Positions 47,401 through 56,622 of a stretch of 64,000 nt of DNA are shown piece by piece. The stretch's first letter is position 1; each line of letters starts with the position of its first letter. The stretch is from a bacterium (GTDB lineage: Bacteria > Patescibacteriota > Patescibacteriia > UBA1558 > UBA10009): assembly GCA_018672055.1 (NCBI GenBank), contig JABHGM010000001.1, positions 608,977-672,976 of the forward strand, written 5' to 3'. The notes below the pieces were generated by a model, which worked only from the letters and a program-made list of their open reading frames with translations, was not told the origin of the DNA and did no database searches. Position numbers and translations under genes: made by a program.

Positions 47401-47419
47401 AGTTTAATATTACAATAAA

Positions 47420-47677
47420 ATGAATAATTTTAATAGTTTCAAAGATATTATCACATCTAAGCAAGATGTAAAGCCACCTGCATATAAGTGGCAGCAATTT
47501 GCTTTAGATATAATACGTGAGCTTGATATACCTAATATGAAGAAAAGCTCTGTATTTAAGATATGTAAAGATATGCCTCAGCAACGAGTTCAACAAGCTT
47601 TAACTGATACTAAAGAATTATGTGATAAAGGAGAGAAGTGGAAATACTTTTTTAAAGTAATTAATGAGAATAAATAA
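47420..47677 (+). CDS. Hypothetical small protein (85 aa)
   Basis: ORF ends exactly at a strong bidirectional terminator. No domain recognised. Confidence 0.4.
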   Translation: MNNFNSFKDIITSKQDVKPPAYKWQQFALDIIRELDIPNMKKSSVFKICKDMPQQRVQQALTDTKELCDKGEKWKYFFKVINENK

Positions 47678-47703
47678 AAAACATACCTTTAAAGGTATGT
47701 TTT
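47677..47703 (+). terminator. Bidirectional rho-independent terminator
   Basis: AAAACATACC-TTTA-AAGGTATGTTTT. Confidence 0.7.
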
Positions 47704-47707
47704 AAGT

Positions 47708-48520
47708 TTATCTTAAATTTAAATCCATTGTTAAATAACCAACACCAAATGGATATTCATAACTTAGTGTTTCTGATTTATATTTAGTTTCACCTAAAAC
47801 ACCCAGAAGTAATAATATGGAGCTATATAAGCATTCTTCAACTTCATTCAGTAAATTAGTATCAAAGTTTAATATATCTTGATTCTTATTTTTTTCAAGT
47901 AATTCAATAACTAGTTTGTCATACTCTAAACCTTTCTTTGAATAACCTCCGGGAGCATCTTCTGTTAAATTATGTGATAATTCTCCAGTAGCTATTACTG
48001 CAATATGTTTATTTGAATTATTTATTACTTTTCTAATTGCTTTACCGAAGTTATAATGTTCTTTATTTGAAAGTGATGAGTAAGATATTGGTACTATTGA
48101 TATTTCTTGTCCTTGATTTGTTAAATTACTAAGCGGTACAGTAAAATTATATTTTAAATCTTCATCAGTTGATAGAATAACCGGAAATTTAGTTTCCGTT
48201 GCTTCTCTTATTTTATAACCTAATTCTAAGTCATTTTTAAATTCAAATTTAGTTTCCATATCACCAAATTTTTCAAACTGACCTATTAATTTAGGTGAAT
48301 GATTAATAACAAAAGTAGGCTCAATATCTTCATGAGGTGAAGAAAAAATAATAATTGTATCTACATTCCTGTGATATAAATCATTTTTAATTTCTTGGAA
48401 TGCTTTTTGAGTTTTTTTAAGTTTTTCAAAATTATCTTGTCCAATAGTTTTAAGTAAAAGAGGGGAATGTGGCGTAATTGCTGCGCTAACTAATGACATA
48501 TTATTGTAAGTCTTCTTCAA
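47708..48520 (-). CDS. LigB/MEMO1-superfamily (class III extradiol dioxygenase-like) protein
   Basis: AAITPHSP… and ATGELSHNL resemble the conserved His-containing motifs of this fold. Weak call. Confidence 0.4.
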   Translation of the reverse strand: MKKTYNNMSLVSAAITPHSPLLLKTIGQDNFEKLKKTQKAFQEIKNDLYHRNVDTIIIFSSPHEDIEPTFVINHSPKLIGQFEKFGDMETKFEFKNDLELGYKIREATETKFPVILSTDEDLKYNFTVPLSNLTNQGQEISIVPISYSSLSNKEHYNFGKAIRKVINNSNKHIAVIATGELSHNLTEDAPGGYSKKGLEYDKLVIELLEKNKNQDILNFDTNLLNEVEECLYSSILLLLGVLGETKYKSETLSYEYPFGVGYLTMDLNLR

Positions 48521-49979
48521 TTAACTCAAGTTCTGAAGAACTTCCATTACTTATTGCATCTAAAGTTAAACTTGTAGGATGAATACTAAGTGCTTCAGTT
48601 GATGTTTCAACGATGTAATCCCAGTTATAACCTCTAGAAGTAAATGAATCTCCGTCTTTAATATGATATTTTTTACCTTCAGAAACTACATACACTTTAT
48701 CTTCATCTTTATCTTTAATTAAAGTGTTATCTTTAAATTTAACTGGTGCACCTTTTGGATATTTAGCCAGTTCTTCTGTATGACCTTTCATAACTGTTTG
48801 ATCTGGATAGTTTTCATTTAATATTTCTATAGAAACAATGGGGTATTTAATTCCATTTTTAACATAATAAATACCATTAGTAGTTGCATCTTGTATTAAA
48901 GCACCTGTTGGATAAACACTTTCCAAAGTTAAATCTAAACCTGAATCAAATGAATTTAAATCAGCATATGTTATATCAATAACTTCTTCAGGATTGTATC
49001 CTAGAGTTCTAAAAACTTCAGTTGAAACAATATGTCTTAACTTATCATCAACTAAAAGATATATATTTTGATCAGGGTCAGCTAGTATTGAATATTGAGA
49101 AAATTTAATTTCATTACCTAAGACAAATTCATCAAGCTCTTCTGGAGATACAATAATTATATCTTTAGGATCATATCTAGTAATTAAGGCTGAGAATGAG
49201 GCAAATGGTCTTTTTTCATTATTTTTTATTAAATATACTTTGTCACTATTACTTGCTTTTAAAAGAGTACCATTTGGTCTAAAAGTAGTTACTTCAAACC
49301 AATTATTCCATATCTTCCAAAAATTATAGTTTGCTCCAATCCTATATCCATCCATTACTGTATTTCCTTGATATGGATTATATGTATAAAGAGCTGCAGT
49401 AGCTTTTGTTTGAGGAGTTATGTCTTGCAAATCTTGAGATGTTTTTGGTAAACCAACACACCATTTAGTAAAGGTACAATTATAATTTGCTTTATGCATA
49501 CCTTTAACATTTAGATCATCAAAGTAATTTCTAAATCTTCTAGCTGCTGCATTAACTTGTTGAGAAAATCCCTTATACTTATCTAAACAAACTCCACCAT
49601 AACAACTATATCCTGTTGCCCAGTTTAATTGATTATCTGAAGGATCATTTTCGGTTACTAAACTTTGTTCTTTTTGTAAAAGGGCTAGTATAAATTTAGG
49701 ATTAATTTGATTTACTTGAGCCGCTTGCCAAATAACATAATAGGCGGATAACCTAGTTGTAGGATCAACATAAGTATCTAAAACACCACCCTTATCTTCA
49801 GTAAAGTCTCTTACTTCTTCAATAGACATTGAAGTGTAATCAATCATTTCATCATCAGATATAAGGTAGTTTTTATTAAAATCAGGATTGTCTTCATATG
49901 AAGTAACAATCCCTACTAATGTATTAAAAGGCATTAAGCCAATTAGTAGTGCAATTACTATTATTTGTTTATATTTCAT
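48501..49979 (-). CDS. Secreted hypothetical protein. The track ORF extends to 50036 through an AT-rich promoter region.
   Basis: A start at MKYKQIIVIALLIGL… gives a signal/anchor N-terminus. Cys-containing mid-region (YSCYGGVCLDKY). No confident domain. Confidence 0.45.
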   Translation of the reverse strand: MKYKQIIVIALLIGLMPFNTLVGIVTSYEDNPDFNKNYLISDDEMIDYTSMSIEEVRDFTEDKGGVLDTYVDPTTRLSAYYVIWQAAQVNQINPKFILALLQKEQSLVTENDPSDNQLNWATGYSCYGGVCLDKYKGFSQQVNAAARRFRNYFDDLNVKGMHKANYNCTFTKWCVGLPKTSQDLQDITPQTKATAALYTYNPYQGNTVMDGYRIGANYNFWKIWNNWFEVTTFRPNGTLLKASNSDKVYLIKNNEKRPFASFSALITRYDPKDIIIVSPEELDEFVLGNEIKFSQYSILADPDQNIYLLVDDKLRHIVSTEVFRTLGYNPEEVIDITYADLNSFDSGLDLTLESVYPTGALIQDATTNGIYYVKNGIKYPIVSIEILNENYPDQTVMKGHTEELAKYPKGAPVKFKDNTLIKDKDEDKVYVVSEGKKYHIKDGDSFTSRGYNWDYIVETSTEALSIHPTSLTLDAISNGSSSELELIEEDLQ

Positions 49980-50114
49980 ATATATTATTATATCAATTAT
50001 TATATATATTTCATAGCTATTTATATCCACATTCACTATTTATTATGACGATTCTAATATATCAATATTTCAATTTATATAGATAGTATAAATAACTACT
50101 AGTAAATTATATCA

Positions 50115-50143
50115 TTGATAATCTAGTCTAAAAATGTTAAAAT
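50115..50143 (+). promoter_or_regulatory. Putative promoter (TTGATA, 17 bp, TGtTAAAAT) for the tagA-gltX-M23 operon
   Basis: Read directly from the sequence ~10 nt upstream of the ATG at 50153. Confidence 0.4.
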
Positions 50144-50152
50144 GAGCATAAT

Positions 50153-50953
50153 ATGTTAGTAGATATATTAGGAGTGAAAGTTAATAATATGTCATATAGT
50201 AACACCTTAAATGAAATAAGGAGTTATTTTAGTTTAAATAATAAAGAATATATAGTAACAGCTAATCCTGAGATAATTTTACATGCTTTAAATGATGTTA
50301 AGTATCAAGAAATAGTAAATAAAGCATCATTAGTTACAGCTGATGGAATAGGTATACTATGGGCTGCTAAGTTTTTAAAACTTAAAAGTAATTCATATAT
50401 TAAATCAATTTTTCAGATAATTTACACTGGCGTATTATTAATTATCAATCCTAAATATTTTACTAATATTTTTCCTGAAAGAATAACTGGTGTTGATTTA
50501 ATGCAAAAGATTTGCAAGGAGGCAAATAAAAATTCTTGGAAAATATATTTACTTGGCGGAGAAGAGGGAGTTGCTAAAAAAACTGCTAGTAAATTACAAA
50601 GAAGGTATAAAGATTTAAAAATAGTTGGTTTTGAACAAGAACCAGATAATAAAACTATTAATAGAATAAATGAATCTAAAGTAGATATATTATTTGTAGC
50701 TTTCGGCGCTCCTAAACAAGAATTTTGGATTGATAAGAATTTAAATGATTTAAATATTAAATTAGCTATGGGAGTAGGTGGCGCTTTTGATTTCATATCA
50801 GGTAAAGCTAAAAGAGCTCCTCAAATATATTTAGATTTAAATATCGAATGGCTATTTCGTTTAATAAATGAGCCATGGAGATTTATACGAATATTTAATG
50901 CTACCTTTCGATTTATATATATAATTACAAAATTTAAACATCAAATGAAATAA
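50153..50953 (+). CDS. tagA: WecB/TagA/CpsF-family glycosyltransferase
   Basis: Family-typical ANPEIILHA…, GVDLM…, KIYLLGGEEGVAKK…, FVAFGAPKQEFWI motifs. Confidence 0.8.
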   Translation: MLVDILGVKVNNMSYSNTLNEIRSYFSLNNKEYIVTANPEIILHALNDVKYQEIVNKASLVTADGIGILWAAKFLKLKSNSYIKSIFQIIYTGVLLIINPKYFTNIFPERITGVDLMQKICKEANKNSWKIYLLGGEEGVAKKTASKLQRRYKDLKIVGFEQEPDNKTINRINESKVDILFVAFGAPKQEFWIDKNLNDLNIKLAMGVGGAFDFISGKAKRAPQIYLDLNIEWLFRLINEPWRFIRIFNATFRFIYIITKFKHQMK

Positions 50954-52414
50954 ATGTTAAGAAAAAAAGTTAAAACTAGATTTGCTCCTTCACCAACTGG
51001 TTATTTACACATTGGTGGTCTTCGTAGTGCTCTCTACGCATATCTTTTTGCAAAACAAAATAAAGGTAAATTTATCTTAAGAATAGAAGATACTGACAGA
51101 TCTAGATATGTAGAAGGTGCTGAGATTCAGATAATGAACTCATTATCAAAAATAGGTTTAAAATGGGATGAAGGCCCTTACCTTAATAATGACAGCAAAA
51201 TCAAAGAAAAAGGTCAAAATGGGCCATATTTTCAGTCTAAAAGGCTTAAAATATATGGTAAATATGTTGATATGTTACTTAAATCAGATAATGCCTATCA
51301 TTGTTTTTGTTCTGAAGAAAGACTTAAGAAATTAAGAGAAGAACAAAAGAATAATAATCAGCCAACTAAGTATGATGGTAGTTGTAGAAGCTTACCAAAA
51401 AAAGAAGTTGCTAAGAAATTAAGTAATAATGAAGAGTATGTTATACGTTTGAAAGTACCAGATAAAGGAGAAATTAAATTTAAAGATATAATTAGAGGTC
51501 AAGTAAAATTTCAAATGGAAGACATTGATGATCAAGTTATTTTAAAATCAGATGGTTTTCCTACGTATCACTTAGCAGTAGTTGTAGATGATAATTTAAT
51601 GGACATTACTCATGTTATACGTGGTGAAGAATGGATATCTTCAACACCAAAACATATCTTGATATATAAGGCACTTGGTTGGGAAATACCAGAATTCGCT
51701 CATTTGCCATTACTTTTAAATAAAGATAGATCTAAGCTCTCTAAAAGACAAGGAGATGTTGCAGTAGAAGATTATTTTAATAAAGGATATTTAGTTGAAG
51801 CATTATTAAACTATATTGCTTTACTTGGTTGGCATCCTAGTGATGATAAGGAAATATTTAGTTTAAAAGAATTAATTAAGAATTTTGAATTAAAACGTGT
51901 TCAAAAAGCTGGTGCTATCTTTGATGTAAATAAATTAAATTGGTTTAATTGTCATTATATCTCAAATAAGAGTGAAAAAGAGATAATTAAATTAGCAGAT
52001 AAATATTTACCTGACATTGATCACAAATTATTAATTAAAATATTGAGATTAGAAAAAAAACGTTTAGAAACTCTAGATCAAATAGGGGATATATGTAGTA
52101 TATTTCTAGGTATAGTTGATTATGATCCAGAAATATTAATATTTAAAAAGAGTAATAAGGAAGATACTTTTAAAGCTTTAAATTTAGTAAATGATGAATT
52201 AGTAAAGTATAAGAAATGGAAACAGGATAAATTACTTAAAGTATTAACTAGTTTAGTAAAAGATAATAACTTAAAAAATGGCGATCTATTTTGGCCACTA
52301 CGCGTAAGTTTAAGTGGTCAAGAAAAAAGTCCACCACCTGAAGAAATAATGGAAATAATTGGCAAAGAAGAATCATTGAATAGAATAAATAAAGCTCTAG
52401 CTAAATTAAAATGA
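50954..52414 (+). CDS. gltX: Glutamyl-tRNA synthetase
   Basis: RFAPSPTGYLHIGGLRSALY (HIGH) and KLSKR (KMSKS) class I motifs. Confidence 0.9.
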   Translation: MLRKKVKTRFAPSPTGYLHIGGLRSALYAYLFAKQNKGKFILRIEDTDRSRYVEGAEIQIMNSLSKIGLKWDEGPYLNNDSKIKEKGQNGPYFQSKRLKIYGKYVDMLLKSDNAYHCFCSEERLKKLREEQKNNNQPTKYDGSCRSLPKKEVAKKLSNNEEYVIRLKVPDKGEIKFKDIIRGQVKFQMEDIDDQVILKSDGFPTYHLAVVVDDNLMDITHVIRGEEWISSTPKHILIYKALGWEIPEFAHLPLLLNKDRSKLSKRQGDVAVEDYFNKGYLVEALLNYIALLGWHPSDDKEIFSLKELIKNFELKRVQKAGAIFDVNKLNWFNCHYISNKSEKEIIKLADKYLPDIDHKLLIKILRLEKKRLETLDQIGDICSIFLGIVDYDPEILIFKKSNKEDTFKALNLVNDELVKYKKWKQDKLLKVLTSLVKDNNLKNGDLFWPLRVSLSGQEKSPPPEEIMEIIGKEESLNRINKALAKLK

Positions 52415-53643
52415 ATAAATTAATCTATACATTACTATTATTAAGTTTAATACCTTTAACTTTACTAGCTCAAAATAGTGAAGAAGGAGGTAATCTTATT
52501 GAAGCTTTTGATCCTGAAATTCAAAGGATAAAAGATAGTATCCAAACAAGCCAAGATCAAATTAATGAGCTACAAAAGCAACGAAAAACATATGAGGAGA
52601 ATTTAAAGATTAAAAGGCAACAAATTAATACTTTAAAGAATCAAATAGGTATTTTAGATGATTCAATTGCTAAGCTTGTTTTAGAAGTTCAAACTACTGA
52701 ATTACAAATAGAACAAAGTAATTTAGAGATTCAAAATATTGAACTACAAATAGGTCATAAAGAAGATGAAATAGATAATCAACAAAGTAAAATATCAAAA
52801 GTACTAAATACCATAAATAAGAATAGTAGAAAAAAGAATAATTTAGAAATACTAATTTTAGAAGGTAATTTAGGTAACTTTTTTAATGAAATTAATCAAT
52901 TACAGTCATTAGAAAATACTTTAAGTGTAGAACTTACAGGTTTAAATGACTTAAAAGATGATTTAATAAATAAAGGCAAAGCTTTAAATACAAGAAAAGA
53001 ACAACTAAGTAATTTACATGATAAATTATTAAGTAACCAAGAAAGAAAATTAGCTGATCAATATGTTAAAGGCAATTTACTAGATCAGACTCAAGGCCAA
53101 GAAGAATCTTTTCAAAGCTTATTATCTCAAGTTAAAGCAGAACAAGCTGGTATAGAAGCAGAAATTCAAAATTTAGAGATAGCTGCAAGACGTAGGTTAT
53201 TAGAAACAGAAGGCATTCTACCAAATGATGATGAATTTATTTGGCCAGTACCTTCAAGAAAAGTTACTGCATATTTTCATGATCCAGATTACCCATATAG
53301 ATATATTTTTGAACATCCAGCAATTGATGTAGGGGATACACCACAAGGTACACCAATTAGAGCATCTAGATCTGGATATGTTGCAACAGTTAGATTTACG
53401 CCCGGATCAAGTGCTTATGGCTATATATTATTAGTTCATCCAGGTGGCTTATCTACGGTCTATGGACATATTAGTAAACCTTATGTTGAAGAAGATAATT
53501 TTGTAGTTCAAGGTGAAGTTATTGCTTTATCTGGTGGAGGACCAGGTACATCAGGAGCTGGTAGGCTAACTACTGCACCCCATCTACATTTTGAAACTAG
53601 ATTAAATGGTATACCAGTTAACCCATTAAATTATTTACCTTAA
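52411..53643 (+). CDS. M23-family metallopeptidase with N-terminal signal and long coiled-coil (EnvC-like)
   Basis: C-terminal HPAIDVGD…GYILLVHPGGLSTVYGH…HLHFE M23 motifs. Q/E/L-rich heptad region. Confidence 0.8.
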   Translation: MNKLIYTLLLLSLIPLTLLAQNSEEGGNLIEAFDPEIQRIKDSIQTSQDQINELQKQRKTYEENLKIKRQQINTLKNQIGILDDSIAKLVLEVQTTELQIEQSNLEIQNIELQIGHKEDEIDNQQSKISKVLNTINKNSRKKNNLEILILEGNLGNFFNEINQLQSLENTLSVELTGLNDLKDDLINKGKALNTRKEQLSNLHDKLLSNQERKLADQYVKGNLLDQTQGQEESFQSLLSQVKAEQAGIEAEIQNLEIAARRRLLETEGILPNDDEFIWPVPSRKVTAYFHDPDYPYRYIFEHPAIDVGDTPQGTPIRASRSGYVATVRFTPGSSAYGYILLVHPGGLSTVYGHISKPYVEEDNFVVQGEVIALSGGGPGTSGAGRLTTAPHLHFETRLNGIPVNPLNYLP

Positions 53644-53664
53644 TTAATAATTAAATATAAATTT

Positions 53665-53874
53665 ATGGAAGACACAAATCAACCAGCAGTAGAAAAAAAG
53701 AGTATGTGCGGAAAGATGAGTTTTTGCTGTTGTAAAGCATTTTTAGCTGCTTTAATTATTGTATTTGTCTGGTGGTGGACACCATCATGGGCAAATATTG
53801 CTATTACTGTTCTAGCTGCTTTAATAATAATTGGTTCAGGTACTTGCGGCTGTAAGAAGAATAAGAATTGCTAA
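53665..53874 (+). CDS. Cysteine-rich small membrane protein (69 aa)
   Basis: MCGKMSFCCCKAF…, one TM, C-terminal GTCGCKKNKNC. Nine Cys in 69 aa. Confidence 0.4.
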   Translation: MEDTNQPAVEKKSMCGKMSFCCCKAFLAALIIVFVWWWTPSWANIAITVLAALIIIGSGTCGCKKNKNC

Positions 53875-53887
53875 TAGTAATTTAAAA

Positions 53888-53917
53888 AAGAGTTAAGTAA
53901 AAATTAGCTCTTTTTTT
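53888..53917 (+). terminator. Putative terminator after the Cys-rich gene
   Basis: GAGTTAA-gtaaaaa-TTAGCTC (one mismatch) followed by TTTTTTTATT. Confidence 0.4.
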
Positions 53918-53920
53918 ATT

Positions 53921-53963
53921 ATCTATTATATTGCTTGACTTAAATTGAATAATTCATTAAAGT
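53921..53963 (+). promoter_or_regulatory. Cassette promoter module copy A (ATCTATTATATTGCTTGACTTAAA, then 17 bp, then TAAAGT)
   Basis: The first 24 bp recur at 54500-54523 and 55021-55044 with 1-3 mismatches. Confidence 0.5.
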
Positions 53964-53992
53964 AGTTGTAATAATTAAAAAAGGAGTAAGTC

Positions 53993-54433
53993 TTGAATAT
54001 AAAAGAAGTAATTGAAATAGCTAAATCAATTAAGCTAGGGGAGGAACGTACTTTTAATCTAGATAATGATTTAGATGTAATGGGAAGAGAAAAAATATTT
54101 TTTCAGCTTTCAAAAAATGGTACAGCAAAAACTTATTATGTTGGCGGAACTGGAAAAGAGTTGACTTTAAAATGTATTTCTCTAGATATTAAAATCGGTG
54201 ATTATTGGCTATTAGATTGTAATTCTCTTGTTTTCGTAATTGAGATCCTTCAATTCAATTCAGGATATAAATGCAATATAATAAGTGGAGTAAAATTTGA
54301 AGAGCAATATATTTGTTTGAAAGAAGCCTATGTGTCAGAAAATCATTTTATAGAAAAACTTAGTACTTACAAAGCTAGAGAAATTTTAAATAGTAAACAG
54401 GAACAAATAAAAAAAGATTTATTTGAACTATAA
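53993..54433 (+). CDS. Hypothetical soluble protein (146 aa), cassette 1, TTG start
   Basis: AAGGAG RBS 7 nt before TTG. Own promoter module and terminator. Confidence 0.45.
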   Translation: MNIKEVIEIAKSIKLGEERTFNLDNDLDVMGREKIFFQLSKNGTAKTYYVGGTGKELTLKCISLDIKIGDYWLLDCNSLVFVIEILQFNSGYKCNIISGVKFEEQYICLKEAYVSENHFIEKLSTYKAREILNSKQEQIKKDLFEL

Positions 54434-54447
54434 AAAAGTTTAAGTAT

Positions 54448-54482
54448 AAGGATTCCGTGTAAAAACAGGATCCTTATTTTAT
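54448..54482 (+). terminator. Rho-independent terminator of cassette 1
   Basis: TAAGGATTCC-gtgtaaaaaca-GGATCCTTA followed by TTTTATT. Confidence 0.6.
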
Positions 54483-54499
54483 TAAATAAAGTATTATAT

Positions 54500-54564
54500 A
54501 TCTATTATATTGCTTGACATTAACTATCAGTATGGTAAGTTGTAAAGTCAGTAAATTTACTGAT
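54500..54564 (+). promoter_or_regulatory. Cassette promoter module copy B plus 16-bp perfect palindrome TCAGTAAATTTACTGA (54548-54563)
   Basis: TTGACA at 54514-54519. A further TATCAGTA copy sits in the spacer. The palindrome lies at the predicted transcription start. Confidence 0.5.
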
Positions 54565-54590
54565 AAACGAACTTTAAAAGGGGGATTGAA

Positions 54591-54977
54591 ATGAGAAATT
54601 ATTTAAAGATTGCAATATTTCCGTTTGCACTTATTCTTTCAATATTTTTTATAAATATTACTTTAAAGGGTAATTATTTTGTAGCAGTATTGAGTATTTT
54701 ATTAGGCGTAGTAGCTTTTAATAGATTTAAAATCTATATTTCAAAGCCTTCATTTCTAATAGATTATATAGTTGTTATCTTAATAGCATTTGCTGCTCAA
54801 GTAAGTCATAATCCAACAGTAAGTATGTTTTCTACATTTTTTGCCATCGGTTTTACAACTTTTGGAACATATCTAATGTTTAATCTAAAATATCCAACTG
54901 AGCAATTTAAACATATTTTCCTATTGATGATATCGGCTACACTAACATTAATGGTAGTATTATTTAAAACTTTCTAG
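54591..54977 (+). CDS. Small 4-TM membrane protein (128 aa), cassette 2, paralog of 55114..55506
   Basis: AAAAGGGGGA RBS. Four hydrophobic helices. Same architecture and N-terminal pattern (M+NxxxLxxFPxxLILxxFxxNIxLK) as cassette 3. Confidence 0.55.
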   Translation: MRNYLKIAIFPFALILSIFFINITLKGNYFVAVLSILLGVVAFNRFKIYISKPSFLIDYIVVILIAFAAQVSHNPTVSMFSTFFAIGFTTFGTYLMFNLKYPTEQFKHIFLLMISATLTLMVVLFKTF

Positions 54978-54986
54978 TTACTACTT

Positions 54987-55016
54987 AAAGAGTGGACTTA
55001 ACCTTCACTCTTTTTT
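54987..55016 (+). terminator. Terminator of cassette 2
   Basis: AAGAGTG-gacttaacctt-CACTCTT followed by TTTTTAATT. Confidence 0.55.
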
Positions 55017-55020
55017 AATT

Positions 55021-55085
55021 ATCCATTATATTACTTGACTTAAACTATCAGTATGGTATATTGTAACGTCAGTAAAATTACTGAT
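55021..55085 (+). promoter_or_regulatory. Cassette promoter module copy C (TTGACT, 16 bp, TATATT) plus palindrome TCAGTAAAATTACTGA (55069-55084)
   Basis: Same arrangement as copy B. The palindrome starts ~6 nt after the -10. Confidence 0.55.
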
Positions 55086-55113
55086 AAATGAACTTTCTAA
55101 TAAGGAGAGAGAG

Positions 55114-55506
55114 ATGAAAAATATAATTAGACTTACAGTGTTTCCAACTGTCTTAATATTAGCAGTATTTATTCTAAATATCGTTTTAAAGAGTAACCTG
55201 ACAGTGGGAATTATTAGCGCTGTAGTAGTATGTGCGTTGTTTATTCTATTTTACTTACATGAACCTCTTGGTATAGTTGCATTACATTGTGTAGCAGTTA
55301 TTTTCGCAGTAGCCGCAGCTCAATCAATTGATGATACTATTGCAAGGGCAGTTACTGCGGTATTGGCTTCAGTTTTAGTAACTTGCGGATCTTATCTAGT
55401 TTTAGTTGATGACTATACAATGCCAATAAAAAATTATTACATATCTCTAACTATACAATTTGTAGTAACATTATTACCAATGTTATTTATAATATTATGG
55501 CTATAG
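55114..55506 (+). CDS. Small 4-TM membrane protein (130 aa), cassette 3
   Basis: TAAGGAGAGAGAG RBS. Paralogous to cassette 2. Confidence 0.55.
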   Translation: MKNIIRLTVFPTVLILAVFILNIVLKSNLTVGIISAVVVCALFILFYLHEPLGIVALHCVAVIFAVAAAQSIDDTIARAVTAVLASVLVTCGSYLVLVDDYTMPIKNYYISLTIQFVVTLLPMLFIILWL

Positions 55507-55523
55507 GAGTAATAAAATTATTA

Positions 55524-55557
55524 AAAGGGCGGAGTTTATTCTTCACCCTTTTTTTTA
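55524..55557 (+). terminator. Bidirectional terminator between cassette 3 and the recombinase gene
   Basis: AAAGGGCGGAG…CTTCACCCTTT followed by TTTTTTTATT. Confidence 0.5.
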
Positions 55558-56517
55558 TTCATTTAAATCTTTTCCGCTATGGAATTTACTATGTATGTCT
55601 TTTAATTTTTTTGAAACTACGTGAGTATATATTTGAGTTGTAGCAATACTTTTATGGCCTAAGAATTCTTGTACTGTTCTAATATCTACGCCTTTTTCTA
55701 ATAGATCAGTAGCAAAGCTGTGTCTAAGAGTATGGGGGACAGTATGAGCTGGTATACCAGTTTTTAAAGCATGTTTTTTTACTATACTTTCTATGGATCT
55801 TGTTGTTAAACGTAGGGGAGAGTCCTTTGGTCCGCTGTAACGTATAAATAGCGCTTTATCTGAATCATTTCTCGTGTTTAAATATTTTTTTATACATTCA
55901 ACAGCTCTTGCTGAAATATAGACAGTTCTAGGGACACTTCCCTTGCCAATTACAGAAATTTCTAAACTATCATTTATTTTAGGAATTTTTATTTGTTCTC
56001 GATTTAACGCTGTTAGTTCTGCAACACGAAGTCCTGTTGAAAATAATATTTCTAAAATAGATCTATCTCTTAAACCTACAGTAGTCTTAGTATTAGGGGA
56101 GAGGAGTAATTTTTCTACTTGGTCTAATGACAAGAAGTTAATATTTTTTTCTGTTTTTTGTTTACTTAACTTTATTTTTTCAGCTGGTATTGATTGTATA
56201 TCACGATCTGCAAAAAAATTAAGTATATTACGTAGAGCAATGAGGTAGTGGTTCTGTGTATTTTTAGTTAAAAGCTTATTAGTAGTTTTATTTACTTGTT
56301 TTGATAGATACACCCTATATTGCCAAATATCATTGCTAGTTAGCTCATGAGGCTTTATCTTGTCTTTTTTAACTAGTCTTAACCAAGTAAAGAACTTATT
56401 TAATTGCCTAGTATATGTTTCTTGGCTTCTATTACTAAGACCTTTCTCAATTTCTAAGTATTCTAAGAAATCAGTTAAATACTTAATGATTGGTTTTTTA
56501 CCTTTCTTTAGTGACAT
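55555..56517 (-). CDS. xerC: Tyrosine site-specific recombinase of the XerC/XerD type
   Basis: N-terminal SAM-like core-binding domain. Catalytic motifs …GLRVAELTALN…, HTLRHSFATDLLEKGVDIRTVQEFLGHKSIATTQIYTHV (R…HxxR…Y). Confidence 0.85.
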   Translation of the reverse strand: MSLKKGKKPIIKYLTDFLEYLEIEKGLSNRSQETYTRQLNKFFTWLRLVKKDKIKPHELTSNDIWQYRVYLSKQVNKTTNKLLTKNTQNHYLIALRNILNFFADRDIQSIPAEKIKLSKQKTEKNINFLSLDQVEKLLLSPNTKTTVGLRDRSILEILFSTGLRVAELTALNREQIKIPKINDSLEISVIGKGSVPRTVYISARAVECIKKYLNTRNDSDKALFIRYSGPKDSPLRLTTRSIESIVKKHALKTGIPAHTVPHTLRHSFATDLLEKGVDIRTVQEFLGHKSIATTQIYTHVVSKKLKDIHSKFHSGKDLNE

Positions 56518-56622
56518 AGTACTTTAGACTTCGATAAACTATTATTATACGAAGTGTTATTATACCTATATAATATAGTATATTTCTAATTTAATCAAGC
56601 TTCTCTCCTTATTCGAAGGTAA

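Noticed and set aside
50422-50796. Minus ORF inside tagA-like gene
   Set aside because: Antisense shadow ORF.
55943-56248. Plus ORF inside the recombinase gene
   Set aside because: Antisense to a well-supported tyrosine recombinase.
55555-56517. Possibility that the tyrosine recombinase marks a prophage
   Set aside because: No capsid, terminase, portal or other phage structural genes are seen nearby. The neighbours are ftsQ-ddl-alr on one side and the small cassette array on the other. A Xer-type chromosomal recombinase is the simpler reading, though it may still act on the adjacent cassettes.
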